From positions 22,157 through 86,156 of the forward strand of contig CALVUX010000002.1 of the NCBI GenBank assembly GCA_944363715.1: a stretch of DNA of 64,000 bases, in the 5' to 3' direction. Position numbers and translations under genes: made by a program. Each line of letters starts with the position of its first letter. Position 1 is the first letter of the stretch. Below are positions 43,821 to 54,300 of the stretch, one piece after another. This stretch comes from an uncultured Bacilli bacterium (GTDB lineage Bacteria; Bacillota_I; Bacilli_A; RF39; UBA660). Under the pieces are notes generated by a model. That model ran no database searches. It was not told where the DNA came from and was given only the letters and a program-made list of their open reading frames with translations.

Positions 43821-45326
43821 ATGTTAAATATTGATAAAAATGGAAGGAAAAATATGGATAATGATTTAATGTTAAAATATATAGAAAATGAATATGAAAA
43901 TGAATTTTTAGATTTTAAACTTAAACCATATAATTGGCAATCACAAAATGCTAAATCTGATTTTTTAACCGATGTTATAAGTTTAGCAAATTCCTCATCG
44001 GAAGGGGATAAATATATAATTTTAGGGGTGAAAGTTAAAAATAATGGTACTCGTGAAATAAAAGGAATTAATTCAAATGATTTAGTAGATAGTGCTGAAT
44101 ATCAACAACTTGTAACAGAAAACATTGAGCCAACTATAAGTATAGAACTAAAAATAGTTACTAATTCTCAAGGCTTAAATTTTGGAATAATAAGAATTTT
44201 TAATTGTAATAATAGACCATATTTGTTAAAGAAAAAATATGAAAATTTAGAATCGGGCTTTATTAAAGTACGAAAAGGAAGTAGAAATTCAAATGTTTCA
44301 AGATATATATTAGACGAAATATATAATTCAAAAAATCCAAAAAAAGAATCTGTGTTTAAAATTTCTGGTTTAATGGACGGAAAAACTACTGATGTTGTAA
44401 AAGTGGTTAAATATGATTTTTTTCCAAACATGGAAACACGAAAAAATAAATTAATAAATATTTTTAACAAAGTAAATAAATTTAAAATTGATGATATAGT
44501 TGACCAAGAAGAAACGAAATTCAATTTGACTGATGAGAAAAAGAGTTTTTATTCTGCATTTCTTCCGACAGCATTAAAAATAGAAGAGTCAGTACAAAAA
44601 CAGATAGAATCATTTGCCAAAGTATTTAAATTAAAGATATCAAATACGTTTTTTGATCTGGGAAATCTAGTCTCTCAATTAAATGGAATGAAATCAAATT
44701 CGATTTTAGGAATTGTCCCCGAATATAAAATAAGTGGGAGTAAAAAGTCTAAAGAAAAATATGATTTAATAGAAGAATTAAATGAAAAAATAATGTCTAC
44801 AATTTCATGGCTAAAATTTTTAGAAGAAACAGAAAAATTTGGCTTTATTGAATTGGCAATTACTGAAATTGGCAATATATCAGATGAAGAAATAGAGGTT
44901 AGTATTAAGATACCTAAATCTAATTATGTTAGTGAAGATGCCTTTCCAGAACCAGCAGATGATATAATTGCAGAACTAAACGAGAAATACACAGAAAAAA
45001 TGTTTAAACCGTATTATTTGGAAGATATTTCTGACTTTAGAGGGACACCGTCTTCTCCAAGTTATAGCAATATATCATCTATTTCAGGATTGGTAAAAAA
45101 TGATAATGAAATATTTGATGGACCATATAATTATATTGATTATGATGTGAATTATAACAATGAATTTGCTATATTGAGTTTTACAATTAAGAATATAAAA
45201 GAAAAAGAAACTATGATATTTCCCGGGAAAATTTTGATAAGAGGAGAAGTTAATCAACTTAAATATTCAATAATTAGTAAGAATTTAAAAACAAAAGTGA
45301 CGGGAACAATAAATGTTGGAAAATAA
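43821..45326 (+). CDS. AlbA_2 / Schlafen-core-like domain protein with unknown 330-aa C-terminal region
   Basis: Starts 2 nt after the protease stop (alternative ATG at 43854 after GGAAGGA). ENEFLDFKL...FLTDVISLANSSSEGDKYIILGV...GIIRIFNCNNRPYLLKK...GFIKVRKGSRN follows the AlbA_2 (PF04326-type) pattern. Confidence 0.65.
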   Translation: MLNIDKNGRKNMDNDLMLKYIENEYENEFLDFKLKPYNWQSQNAKSDFLTDVISLANSSSEGDKYIILGVKVKNNGTREIKGINSNDLVDSAEYQQLVTENIEPTISIELKIVTNSQGLNFGIIRIFNCNNRPYLLKKKYENLESGFIKVRKGSRNSNVSRYILDEIYNSKNPKKESVFKISGLMDGKTTDVVKVVKYDFFPNMETRKNKLINIFNKVNKFKIDDIVDQEETKFNLTDEKKSFYSAFLPTALKIEESVQKQIESFAKVFKLKISNTFFDLGNLVSQLNGMKSNSILGIVPEYKISGSKKSKEKYDLIEELNEKIMSTISWLKFLEETEKFGFIELAITEIGNISDEEIEVSIKIPKSNYVSEDAFPEPADDIIAELNEKYTEKMFKPYYLEDISDFRGTPSSPSYSNISSISGLVKNDNEIFDGPYNYIDYDVNYNNEFAILSFTIKNIKEKETMIFPGKILIRGEVNQLKYSIISKNLKTKVTGTINVGK

Positions 45327-45670
45327 TAAAACAACTTGCAATCCTCCTCAAACAGAGCTAACATACACTACAAGGAATCGATTTTTATCTAATTATTTTA
45401 AAAGATGATACCCATCGCCCACTAATACAAGAGTCGAATTTTGTATGTAAACAAAGCTAGATTATAGTAATAAAATAAAAAAAATAACAAAAAAATTACT
45501 TTCTAGAGTAATTTTTATTATAATAATAACAGGATTGCTTTTTTGGTAACAACTAAAAATCCATAAAATCTAACTATACAAACATTAGAGCATATGATAA
45601 AATAATAACCATAAAATGAGATGTATATGGATAGTTTTTAAGTATTATGGGAAACTATTACAGAAACTAA

Positions 45671-46093
45671 ATATTTATCTTTGAAAATCCATCTATCTTA
45701 AACTATTTAAAAGATAAAGATTTAGATATTTCTATTATCATCACATCAGGTATTCCTAATCTTGCTTTTTATAAACTATTAGAAAATATTAATAGAAATA
45801 CAACTCTTTATTATAATGGAGATTATGATAAAGAAGGATTGTTAATAGCAGATAAACTAAATAATAAATATAGTAATATCAAATTATTTCTTTATGATAG
45901 AAAAAGTTATCTAAATACTAAAGCTAGTGTTAGTATTAGTAATAATAGACTTCATAAATTAGAACTTGTTAAGTCAAAAGAGTTACAAGAAGTTAAGAGA
46001 TTACTACTTGAAAATAAAAAGTGTGGTTATCAAGAAAATAACTTGCTATCTATAGAAGAATTTATTAAGGATGTGATAAATAGTGAAAACTAA
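45671..46093 (+). pseudogene. 5'-truncated DUF2399/TIGR02679-like Toprim C-terminal domain fragment
   Basis: The frame is open from 45671 with no ATG: IFIFENPSILNYL...IIITSGIPNLAFYKLL...LYYNGDYDKEGLLIADKL...CGYQENNL. It matches the ENP...GxP...Y(H/N)GD(F/Y)D...G...EE pattern of JetD/DUF2399 C-termini. The ~250-aa N-terminal part is missing. Confidence 0.5.
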
Positions 46094-46889
46094 TATTAAA
46101 TTAATAGATAAATGTGTAGAAGATTTTAATGATGTTATTAAAGAAAGAGGAACTTATTATTATAAAGAAAGAAAAGTTAAAAGCATAGTAAAAAACAAAT
46201 CTATTTACTATGCTAAAGTAAAAGGAAGTTATAATAAAAACTATTATGTTAAAATCTATGATAACTTTTTTGTAAATTATGAATGTAGTTGTCCTTGTGA
46301 ATTTCCTTGTAAACATATATATGCTACATTATTAGGTATAGATGAGAAAAAATATAGAAATGTATATTTAAAGAAAAATATTCCTGATATTAATAATAAT
46401 ATAAGTATGCAATGTTTATTAAGAAAGATTCCTAGTAAAGAATTAAAAAAATATCTTATAGATAATACTTTTCTAGAAAATGTAAATTTAAACATAGATA
46501 TGTTAAAAAGCGATTTTTTTAAGTATTTAAGGAAGAACTCTTATTTATATTATTATAATAATCTTTATAATACTTGTATTATAAATTTTGATGTAAAAGA
46601 ATTATTAGATAAATATCTTACAGAACTTATTAATTATATTTGTATAGAAGATTATCAAACTAGCTTTAATATTATAAAAGCTACAATAGAAGCATTATTT
46701 AAGACTAATTATATAAATAAATTAGCAAGGTTTAATGATTTGTTATTAGACTTAGAGTTTTATTTAAAAATTATTTATAGGAGTTATAATACTGATATAA
46801 TAGATAAATGGTTTGAGGTATTAGAAAAAAATAATTATTATAATAATATTTATTTAAAAAACATAATAATAGATGTAAAAACTAAATAG
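46083..46889 (+). CDS. SWIM zinc-finger protein
   Basis: YECSCPCEFPCKHIYATLL (CxCxnCxH SWIM). The GTG start overlaps the preceding fragment by 11 nt. Confidence 0.65.
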   Translation: MKTNIKLIDKCVEDFNDVIKERGTYYYKERKVKSIVKNKSIYYAKVKGSYNKNYYVKIYDNFFVNYECSCPCEFPCKHIYATLLGIDEKKYRNVYLKKNIPDINNNISMQCLLRKIPSKELKKYLIDNTFLENVNLNIDMLKSDFFKYLRKNSYLYYYNNLYNTCIINFDVKELLDKYLTELINYICIEDYQTSFNIIKATIEALFKTNYINKLARFNDLLLDLEFYLKIIYRSYNTDIIDKWFEVLEKNNYYNNIYLKNIIIDVKTK

Positions 46890-46925
46890 TTACTTAATTT
46901 ATATTTAAGCTTATAATAAATAGAG

Positions 46926-47957
46926 GTGAAATTTGTGAAATTATATACAAATGAAATAGTGTTTAGAGGTCATCCTGATAAAGTGTGTGATCAAATTAGT
47001 GATGCTTTACTTGATGCTTATTTAAAAGAAGATAAACAGTCTAGATGTGGTATAGAAGTAGTAGGAGGTAAAGGTAAAATCTTTATTACAGGAGAAGTTA
47101 CTAGTAAAGCTAGTGTTGATGTAGAAAACATTGTTAAAAGAGTTCTAACTGATGTAGGATATGACTCTAATTATGAAATAATTAATAATTTAGGATGTCA
47201 AAGTCCTGATATTGCCATGGGTACTAATGATTTAGTAGGTGGAGCAGGAGATCAAGGTATGATGTTTGGTTATGCTTGTAATGATACTAAAGAATTTCTT
47301 CCTACTGCTATGGTAATATTACAAAGATTTAGTAAATGGTATGATGAGGAAAGACTAAAGTGTTCTTATTTTAAAAGTGATGGTAAAGCAGAGATAACAG
47401 GTTATTATGATGATAATATGAAGTTAAAGAAAATTAAATACTTTACTATCTCTTATCAAAATGATGAGACTCATCGTGATTATACAGATAATTTAATAAA
47501 AGAGGTATGTATAAATATATGTAAAGATTATGAGATAGAAATAGAAGAATTTTTAATTAATCCAACAGGTAAATTTGAAATAGGAGGATTTGTAGGAGAT
47601 GCTGGTCTTACTGGAAGAAAAATAGTTGTTGATTCATATCAATCTTTTGCAAGAGTAGGTGGTGGTGCTTTTTCAGGAAAAGATCCTACTAAAGTAGATA
47701 GAAGTGCTGCCTATAAAGCAAGAGAAATTGCTAAAACTTATCTAAAAAAATATAATTTATCTTGGTGTGAAGTTGTTATTAGTTATGCTATAGGAAAAGT
47801 AGAGCCGTTATCTATTTATATAACTAGTGATAAAGGTGATATAGAAGTAGATAATAAATTATATAGAGAATGTAGTCCTAAAAACATCATTAAAGATTTG
47901 AATTTATTAAACATATGTTATGAAGAGAAAGCTAGATTTGGACATTTCCAAGACTAG
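46926..47957 (+). CDS. metK: S-adenosylmethionine synthetase, short form (343 aa)
   Basis: GHPDKVCDQISDALLD, GEVTS, GAGDQGMMFGYA, SDGKAEIT, GGGAFSGKDPTKVDRSAAY. The start is GTG 46926 or 46935. Confidence 0.85.
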   Translation: MKFVKLYTNEIVFRGHPDKVCDQISDALLDAYLKEDKQSRCGIEVVGGKGKIFITGEVTSKASVDVENIVKRVLTDVGYDSNYEIINNLGCQSPDIAMGTNDLVGGAGDQGMMFGYACNDTKEFLPTAMVILQRFSKWYDEERLKCSYFKSDGKAEITGYYDDNMKLKKIKYFTISYQNDETHRDYTDNLIKEVCINICKDYEIEIEEFLINPTGKFEIGGFVGDAGLTGRKIVVDSYQSFARVGGGAFSGKDPTKVDRSAAYKAREIAKTYLKKYNLSWCEVVISYAIGKVEPLSIYITSDKGDIEVDNKLYRECSPKNIIKDLNLLNICYEEKARFGHFQD

Positions 47958-48062
47958 TTTTTCTTTAACTATAAAATGGAAATAATTGGTAAAATATAGA
48001 TATTTATGACACTTTGCTTTTAAATACATTAATGATATTATAACTAGCACGGAGTTGATTAT

Positions 48063-49051
48063 ATGTCTAAAATAGAAGATGATATAACAAAAGCAGAGTA
48101 TTTAATAGATAATCCAGCTTTTTATAGGAAGAAAGATGATATTTTTGATATGATTTATCCTTTTACAACAGAAAATATAAATGGGATGTTTAGTTATTTT
48201 AATTTTAAAAATAAAGATTGTCTTAGCGTTCTAGGATCATCTAATCAAGTTTTTGATATGTATTTAAGAGGAGCTAAGAGTGTTACTTCTTTTGATATTA
48301 ATCCTCTAACTAAATATCTATTTTATCTAAAAAGAGCAGCTCTTGATGCTAATTTAACTAAAGAAGAATATCTAGACTATTTTTGTCAACGTGGTATTGA
48401 TGACTATACTATTTTTGATGATGACTCCATAAGACCTTTTGATATAAAGATTTTTGATAAAATAGTGCCTTATCTAAAAGGAAATAGTTATAAGTTTTGG
48501 ACTAGTTTATATGATAAGTATAGTTTTTCTACTATTAGAGATACTACAAGATTATTTACTATTGATGAATATTTTAGAGATATTTTAGAAAATATGAAGA
48601 TAACTTTGATAAACTTAAAGAAATATCTAAAAACATTAAGATAACTTTTATAAACAAAGATATTAAAAAATTAGTATTAAATAAAAAATATGACATAATG
48701 TATTTTTCTAATATAGTTCAATATGCTTCTTCTTTATTTTATCAAGATACAATATGTAAAACTGGTCATTTACAAAGAAAGTTCCCACTAGAAACTTTTA
48801 GAAACTACATAATGTCTTTTAAAGATAATCTTAATGATAATGGAATTATTATTATAGGTTACATATATACAATACTTGATGAGTGGGATTCTATTGGAAT
48901 ATTTAATAAGGAAATAAGAGATGAAGTGTTTCCTTTAGATAAATTTGACTATTATTATTTTAAGTCTATTGATTATTATGAAAGTTCTTATACTAATATA
49001 GATTCTAAAAAGGAAAAAGATGCTTGCTTAGTTTATAAGAAAGTTAGTTAG
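48063..49051 (+). pseudogene. DUF3419/BtaA-like SAM-dependent enzyme split by a 1-nt frameshift in an A-run (48589-48592)
   Basis: ORF 48063-48644 (CLSVLGSSNQVFDMYLRGAKSVTSFDINP...YLKRAA) and ORF 48698-49051 (YDIMYFSNIVQY). The second frame is open from 48578 and reads KYEDNFDKLKEISKNIKITFINKDIKKLVLNKKYDIMYFSNI. Confidence 0.6.
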
Positions 49052-49104
49052 CATCTTTTCTAATTTTATAAAATCTTATATAATATATATCGAGGAGTAA
49101 CAAG

Positions 49105-49410
49105 ATGAAATATGTAATGATAGAAGTAGCTTTTAATAATTATGAAGAAATTAATTTAACAAAGGAAAAACTTTTAAAAGAAAAGTTAGTTGCAAGTTTA
49201 CAAGTAATAGTTAGTGATAGTACTTGGAATTATAAAGAAGAACTAGAAAGTGATAAAGAATATTTAGTTTTTATGAAGACTAAAGAGTCTTTAATTAAAG
49301 AAGTTTATGATGTTGTTAAAACTGTTCATAGTTATGAAGTATTTGAGTTTGCAGTATTTCCTTTAACTAGTCCAAGTAATGATTATTTAAAGTGTACAAA
49401 TGGAAACTAA
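49105..49410 (+). CDS. CutA1-like divalent-cation tolerance protein
   Basis: ~100 aa; KLVASLQVI...STWNYKEEL...LVFMKTKES...VHSYEVFEF pattern. Confidence 0.45.
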   Translation: MKYVMIEVAFNNYEEINLTKEKLLKEKLVASLQVIVSDSTWNYKEELESDKEYLVFMKTKESLIKEVYDVVKTVHSYEVFEFAVFPLTSPSNDYLKCTNGN

Positions 49411-49472
49411 GTAATTTTCTCTTGACTTAGAGTAAAGTCTAAGTGATAAGATTATTTCAGGAGGAAAAGATT

Positions 49473-50360
49473 ATGGAAAAATCAAAAGTATATTTTATTA
49501 AGGATATAACTCCTGAAAATATTATTAAAGTTTATAATGCAGTTGGAAAGAAATTGGAAGGAAATGTTGCCGTTAAAATGCATTCAGGAGAGAAAGGAAA
49601 TAAGAATTATTTAAGACCAGAGTTTGTTAAAGATGTTATCAACTATGTAAACGGTACAGTAGTAGAGTGTAATACTGCTTATGAAGGAGCAAGAAACTCT
49701 ACTGAAAAACATCGTGAGTTAATTAAAGAACATGAATGGGATAAATATTTTCCTTTTGACTTATTAGATGCTGAAGGACCTGATATGGAACTTAATATTC
49801 CAAATGGTAAAGTATTAAAGAAAAACTATGTAGGAAAAGACTTAGCGAAATATGATTCTCTACTTGTTTTATCTCATTTTAAGGGACATGCTATGGGAGG
49901 ATATGGTGGAGCATTAAAACAATTATCTATTGGTTGTGCTTCAAGTGCTGGTAAAACTTTAATTCATACAGCAGGTGTGACAGATAATCAAAAAGAATTA
50001 TTTAATAATTTACCAGAACAAGATAGATTCTTAGAAGCAATGGCAGATGCTGCTAGTAGTGTAGTAGATTATTTTAAAGGTAATATCGTTTACATTAATG
50101 TTATGAAAAATATTTCTATTGACTGTGATTGTGATGGTAATGCTTCAGCTCCTTGTATGCAAGATATCGGAATACTTGCATCACTTGATCCAGTAGCAAT
50201 TGACCAAGCTTGTTTAGATTTAGTTTATAATTCAAATGATCCAGGTAGAGATAAATTAATAGAGAGAATTGAATCACGTCACGGTGTTCATACTATAGAA
50301 GCAGCCTATGATTTAGGTATAGGTAACCGTGAATATGAACTTATTGATTTAGATAAATAG
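49473..50360 (+). CDS. DUF362 domain protein
   Basis: KVYFIKDITPE...VAVKMHSGEKGN...VVECNTAY...SHFKGHAMGGYGGALKQLSIGC...DCDCDG. ATG 49473 follows CAGGAGGA. Confidence 0.7.
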   Translation: MEKSKVYFIKDITPENIIKVYNAVGKKLEGNVAVKMHSGEKGNKNYLRPEFVKDVINYVNGTVVECNTAYEGARNSTEKHRELIKEHEWDKYFPFDLLDAEGPDMELNIPNGKVLKKNYVGKDLAKYDSLLVLSHFKGHAMGGYGGALKQLSIGCASSAGKTLIHTAGVTDNQKELFNNLPEQDRFLEAMADAASSVVDYFKGNIVYINVMKNISIDCDCDGNASAPCMQDIGILASLDPVAIDQACLDLVYNSNDPGRDKLIERIESRHGVHTIEAAYDLGIGNREYELIDLDK

Positions 50361-50362
50361 TA

Positions 50363-50407
50363 AAAAAACATAGACTTGACTGTATGTCAAATAAATCTAT
50401 GTTTTTT
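50363..50407. terminator. Bidirectional terminator between convergent DUF362 and sortase genes
   Basis: AAAAACATAGA ... TCTATGTTTTT with an inner TTGAC/GTCAA pairing. Confidence 0.6.
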
Positions 50408-51170
50408 ATTTGCTAAAAATTAATTTACCATGAACTACCATCCTATCATTAGAACCACTACAAGTAGATAGAGTAATTATCTTATCATCAGAGTTTAACT
50501 CTATATTAAAATTATAAGTACTTCTAGTCTTTAAAGTATTTAAAAACTCTAAATATTCATTATCATCTTTAAAAGTTGTTTTTAAATAATAACTTTCATT
50601 ACTAGTTATATAAGTACTAAATACTTCAAAGACATAATTGTTATTTTCTGTAGTTAAATAAATATAATGATTAGTACTTTCTTGATAAGACTTATTTAAA
50701 AGGTTCTTTAAAGTCCCAAACATTGTACCTGTTAATCTGTTATGACCATAAATAATAGTATTATTATCTAAATTGTTAATATTATTCCTATAATCCAAGA
50801 AAATCCAACCTTCTTGGTTTTTATTTTTGTTAAAAGAATGATTTAAGTAATACTCATTATTATTAGACTTAACAACAGGGTAATTTATATTAGTAGATTC
50901 TACTTTTAAATAAGCGACAGTGTCGGAGTTAATATTCTTTAAATTATTTAAGTCTAAATCCATTGTTTCTATGTTTTTATTATCATTAATATCAGAGTTA
51001 ATTTCATCTTCTTTAATATCAATATTATTATCTATTACTTCTAGCATATCTAATGTTTCTTTTTTATCATTATTCCGCTCTAACATAAAATAAACTGCAT
51101 ATAAATTTAAAACTATGATTATTACAATAATAAATCCTAGAATAACTCTTTTCCCTTTTTTCTTTCTCAT
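50406..51170 (-). CDS. srtB: Class B sortase
   Basis: N-terminal TM anchor, AYLKVESTNINYPVV, IIYGHNRLTGTMFG, ITLSTCSG catalytic Cys motif. Confidence 0.8.
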   Translation of the reverse strand: MRKKKGKRVILGFIIVIIIVLNLYAVYFMLERNNDKKETLDMLEVIDNNIDIKEDEINSDINDNKNIETMDLDLNNLKNINSDTVAYLKVESTNINYPVVKSNNNEYYLNHSFNKNKNQEGWIFLDYRNNINNLDNNTIIYGHNRLTGTMFGTLKNLLNKSYQESTNHYIYLTTENNNYVFEVFSTYITSNESYYLKTTFKDDNEYLEFLNTLKTRSTYNFNIELNSDDKIITLSTCSGSNDRMVVHGKLIFSK

Positions 51171-51278
51171 AAAATCACCTATGAACTACTTATTATAATG
51201 CAATTTTAGAAATTTGCAATAAATTTGGAGTAAATTTTCAATTTTTAAGATAAAAGTTACTCGAAAATAAAAAAAGTG

Positions 51279-51307
51279 TTGACTTTAAGTAATCAAATAA
51301 TTAGAAT
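51279..51307 (+). promoter_or_regulatory. Putative promoter of the adhesin gene
   Basis: TTGACT (51279-51284), 17-nt spacer, TAGAAT (51302-51307). Confidence 0.45.
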
Positions 51308-51339
51308 AAGAAGCAATCTTTTAGAAAGGAAGAAGTGAG

Positions 51340-54300
51340 ATGAAAAGAAAAAGAGGCAGAGTAATAGCACAAAAAATTAGTTATGCTTTTTTAGCTATTA
51401 TGACTTTCTTTAGTCAAGCAAATTTTTCTTATATGGTTTATGCTTTAGCAGATGATGTTAACTATGATACAATCTCTGTTGCAGATGCTAATACATCTAA
51501 CATTGAAGATTTATATGATAATTCTGAATCTGATGATGGTATGATTATGACTGATAAAAGTGTTGATCATGTTGAAGAAGATTTGTTTGATATTACACTA
51601 TCAGCTTTAGGACAAGCTTTTGAAACTACAAAGACTGTTGCAACTAATAAAAAACTTGATGTTGTTTTTGTCCTAGATGTTTCTGGTAGTATGGATGATG
51701 GTGATCGTTATATAAGTATGGTTAATGCTGTTAATACAGCGATTGGTACTATTATGCGAGCAAATGATGAGAATAGAGTCGGGGTTGTAACTTTTAGTGA
51801 TTCTAGTGATACATTACTTTCTCTTGATTCTTACAGTACAACTAATCAAAATAATAAAAATGATTATTTGACATATGCTGAAGGTTTTCCATTTATATTG
51901 CCACCTTCTATATCAACATCAAACAATTTAAGAGATAGTAATAATGGAAGAGTAAATGAAAGTACTTATATTTATGGAGGTACTTATACCCAAAGTGGTA
52001 TGGCAAGAGGTGCTAATCTCTTAATAAACAATACTGATACTGAAGATAGAGTCCCTGTAATTATCTTATTATCAGATGGTGAACCTACTTATGGTACTAC
52101 AAATTATAGTAATGTAGGTAATTCTAATTTAGGTAGTGGGGGAAGCACAACTGGTCAAATTGGTTATAATACAATCTTAACTGGTAATAGTTATAAAAAT
52201 AAAGTAGAAACAAGATATGGTGAAGATTGTATGTATTATACAATTGGACTTGACGTTACTTCTAATTTTGGAAAGACAGTTTTAAATCCAACTACTGAAA
52301 ACGTTAATAATTTAAGCTATTCAGGAAATGAAGAAAGCTTAAGAAATTATCTAAATAGTCATGATGGTGATTATAATTATGTAGATAAAGCTTATTCTGG
52401 TGCTATGACTAGTGAAGAGTTAAATTCTATTTTCGAAGACATTGCATCAGAAATAATTAAAGGAACATCTAGCCCTGTTGGTGATGGTGATACAAGAGCC
52501 TTAACATTTTCTGATACTTTAGGAAATGGAATGGAAGTTAAGAGTACTCCTATCATAACTTATAATGGACAAACTTATGGTTATACAGATACTTATGAAG
52601 AAACTAATTATACTGCATATATTTATAATCATAGTGTCACAAATAGTGAGGGAAAGACTGTTAATTTATCTGACTTACAAGTTAGGGTTTATCATAATAG
52701 TGACGGAACAGAAACAGTATCTTTTGTAATACCTAAGAATTTATTCCCATTTATTATAAGAGATAAAGAAAACAATGTTAGTCCTATTAGATTAACAACA
52801 AGAGTAGGTCTTAGTGATGAAGCGATAGAAAATTCCAAGACAAAAGATGTATTTTATACAAATAACTTTGCAGATTCTAAAACAACAGCAACATTCTCTC
52901 CTGTAAAAGATAATCCATATTATTATGAAAATATTTCATATAATGAAGATGGAACAATTGCAAGTAGTACACCTAAATATCAAAATAGAAATTTACCTAA
53001 AGATGAAAATGTAACTAATACAAATCCTAATTATTATGATACAACATTTAATAAAGAAACAGGAGTTGTTACAACTGTTCTTGGTAATAATGGTAAAGTA
53101 GTTTTAGATGATCCAGATGAAGTAACATCTAAGACTGTTACTAAAGTATGGGATGATTCTAATAATCAAGATGGTATTAGACTAGATTCTATTGAAGTAG
53201 AGTTACTTGCAAATGGAAAAGAAACAGGTAATAAAGTAAATTTAAGTGAAGAAAACAATTGGACTTATGAATTCACTAATTTACCTAAATATACTGACAA
53301 TAAAGAAATTAACTATACAGTTAAAGAAATAACTAAAGTAGATGGTTATACAACTACTTATAGTGATGATGGACTTACTATTACTAATACGCACGAGGTA
53401 GAAAAGACAACTCGTAGTGTTACTAAAGTATGGAAAGATAATAACGATCAAGATGGTTTAAGACCAGATAGTATCACTGTCGCTTTATCTAAAGATGGAG
53501 TAAGAACTGGTGATACAGCCATATTAAATGAATCTAATGATTGGTCATATACTTTTACTAACTTAGATAAATATAGTAATGGTAAAGAGATTAACTATAC
53601 AATAGATGAAGTAGATGTACCAGAAGGCTATAGTAAAGATATTACTATAAACGATGATGGTTCTACTACTATTTCTAATACTCATACAACTGATAGAGTT
53701 ACAAAGACTGCTATTAAGGTATGGAATGATAAAAATAATCAAGATGGTATAAGACCAGATTCTGTTGTAGTTAGACTTTATGCTAATGGAGAAGCGACTA
53801 ATTATACTGCTACTTTAAGTGAATCTAATAACTGGCGTCATAACTTTACTGATCTTGAGAAAAATGAAAATGGTAAAGAAATAGTATATACAGTTAAAGA
53901 AGAAACTAAAGTAGATGGTTATACAACTACATATAGTAAAGATGGTCTAACTATTACTAATTCTCATACTCCAGAAGTAAGAAGTATTACAGTAGATAAA
54001 GTTTGGGATGATGCTAATAATCAAGATGGCAAAAGACCAGAATCAATTTTAGTTACTTTATATGCTAATGGAGAAGAGAAAACAACTGAAAAGTTAACTG
54101 CAGATAGTTGGTCATATACATTTGAAAATTTACCAAAATATGAAAATGGTAAAGAAATAACTTATACAGTAAGTGAAAGTACAGTTGATGGTTATACTTT
54201 AACTAGTAATGAAATGGTTGGAGATACTATAACTCTAACAAATTCATATACACCAGAAGTAACTTCTAAAACAGTTAATAAAGTATGGGAAGATAATAAT

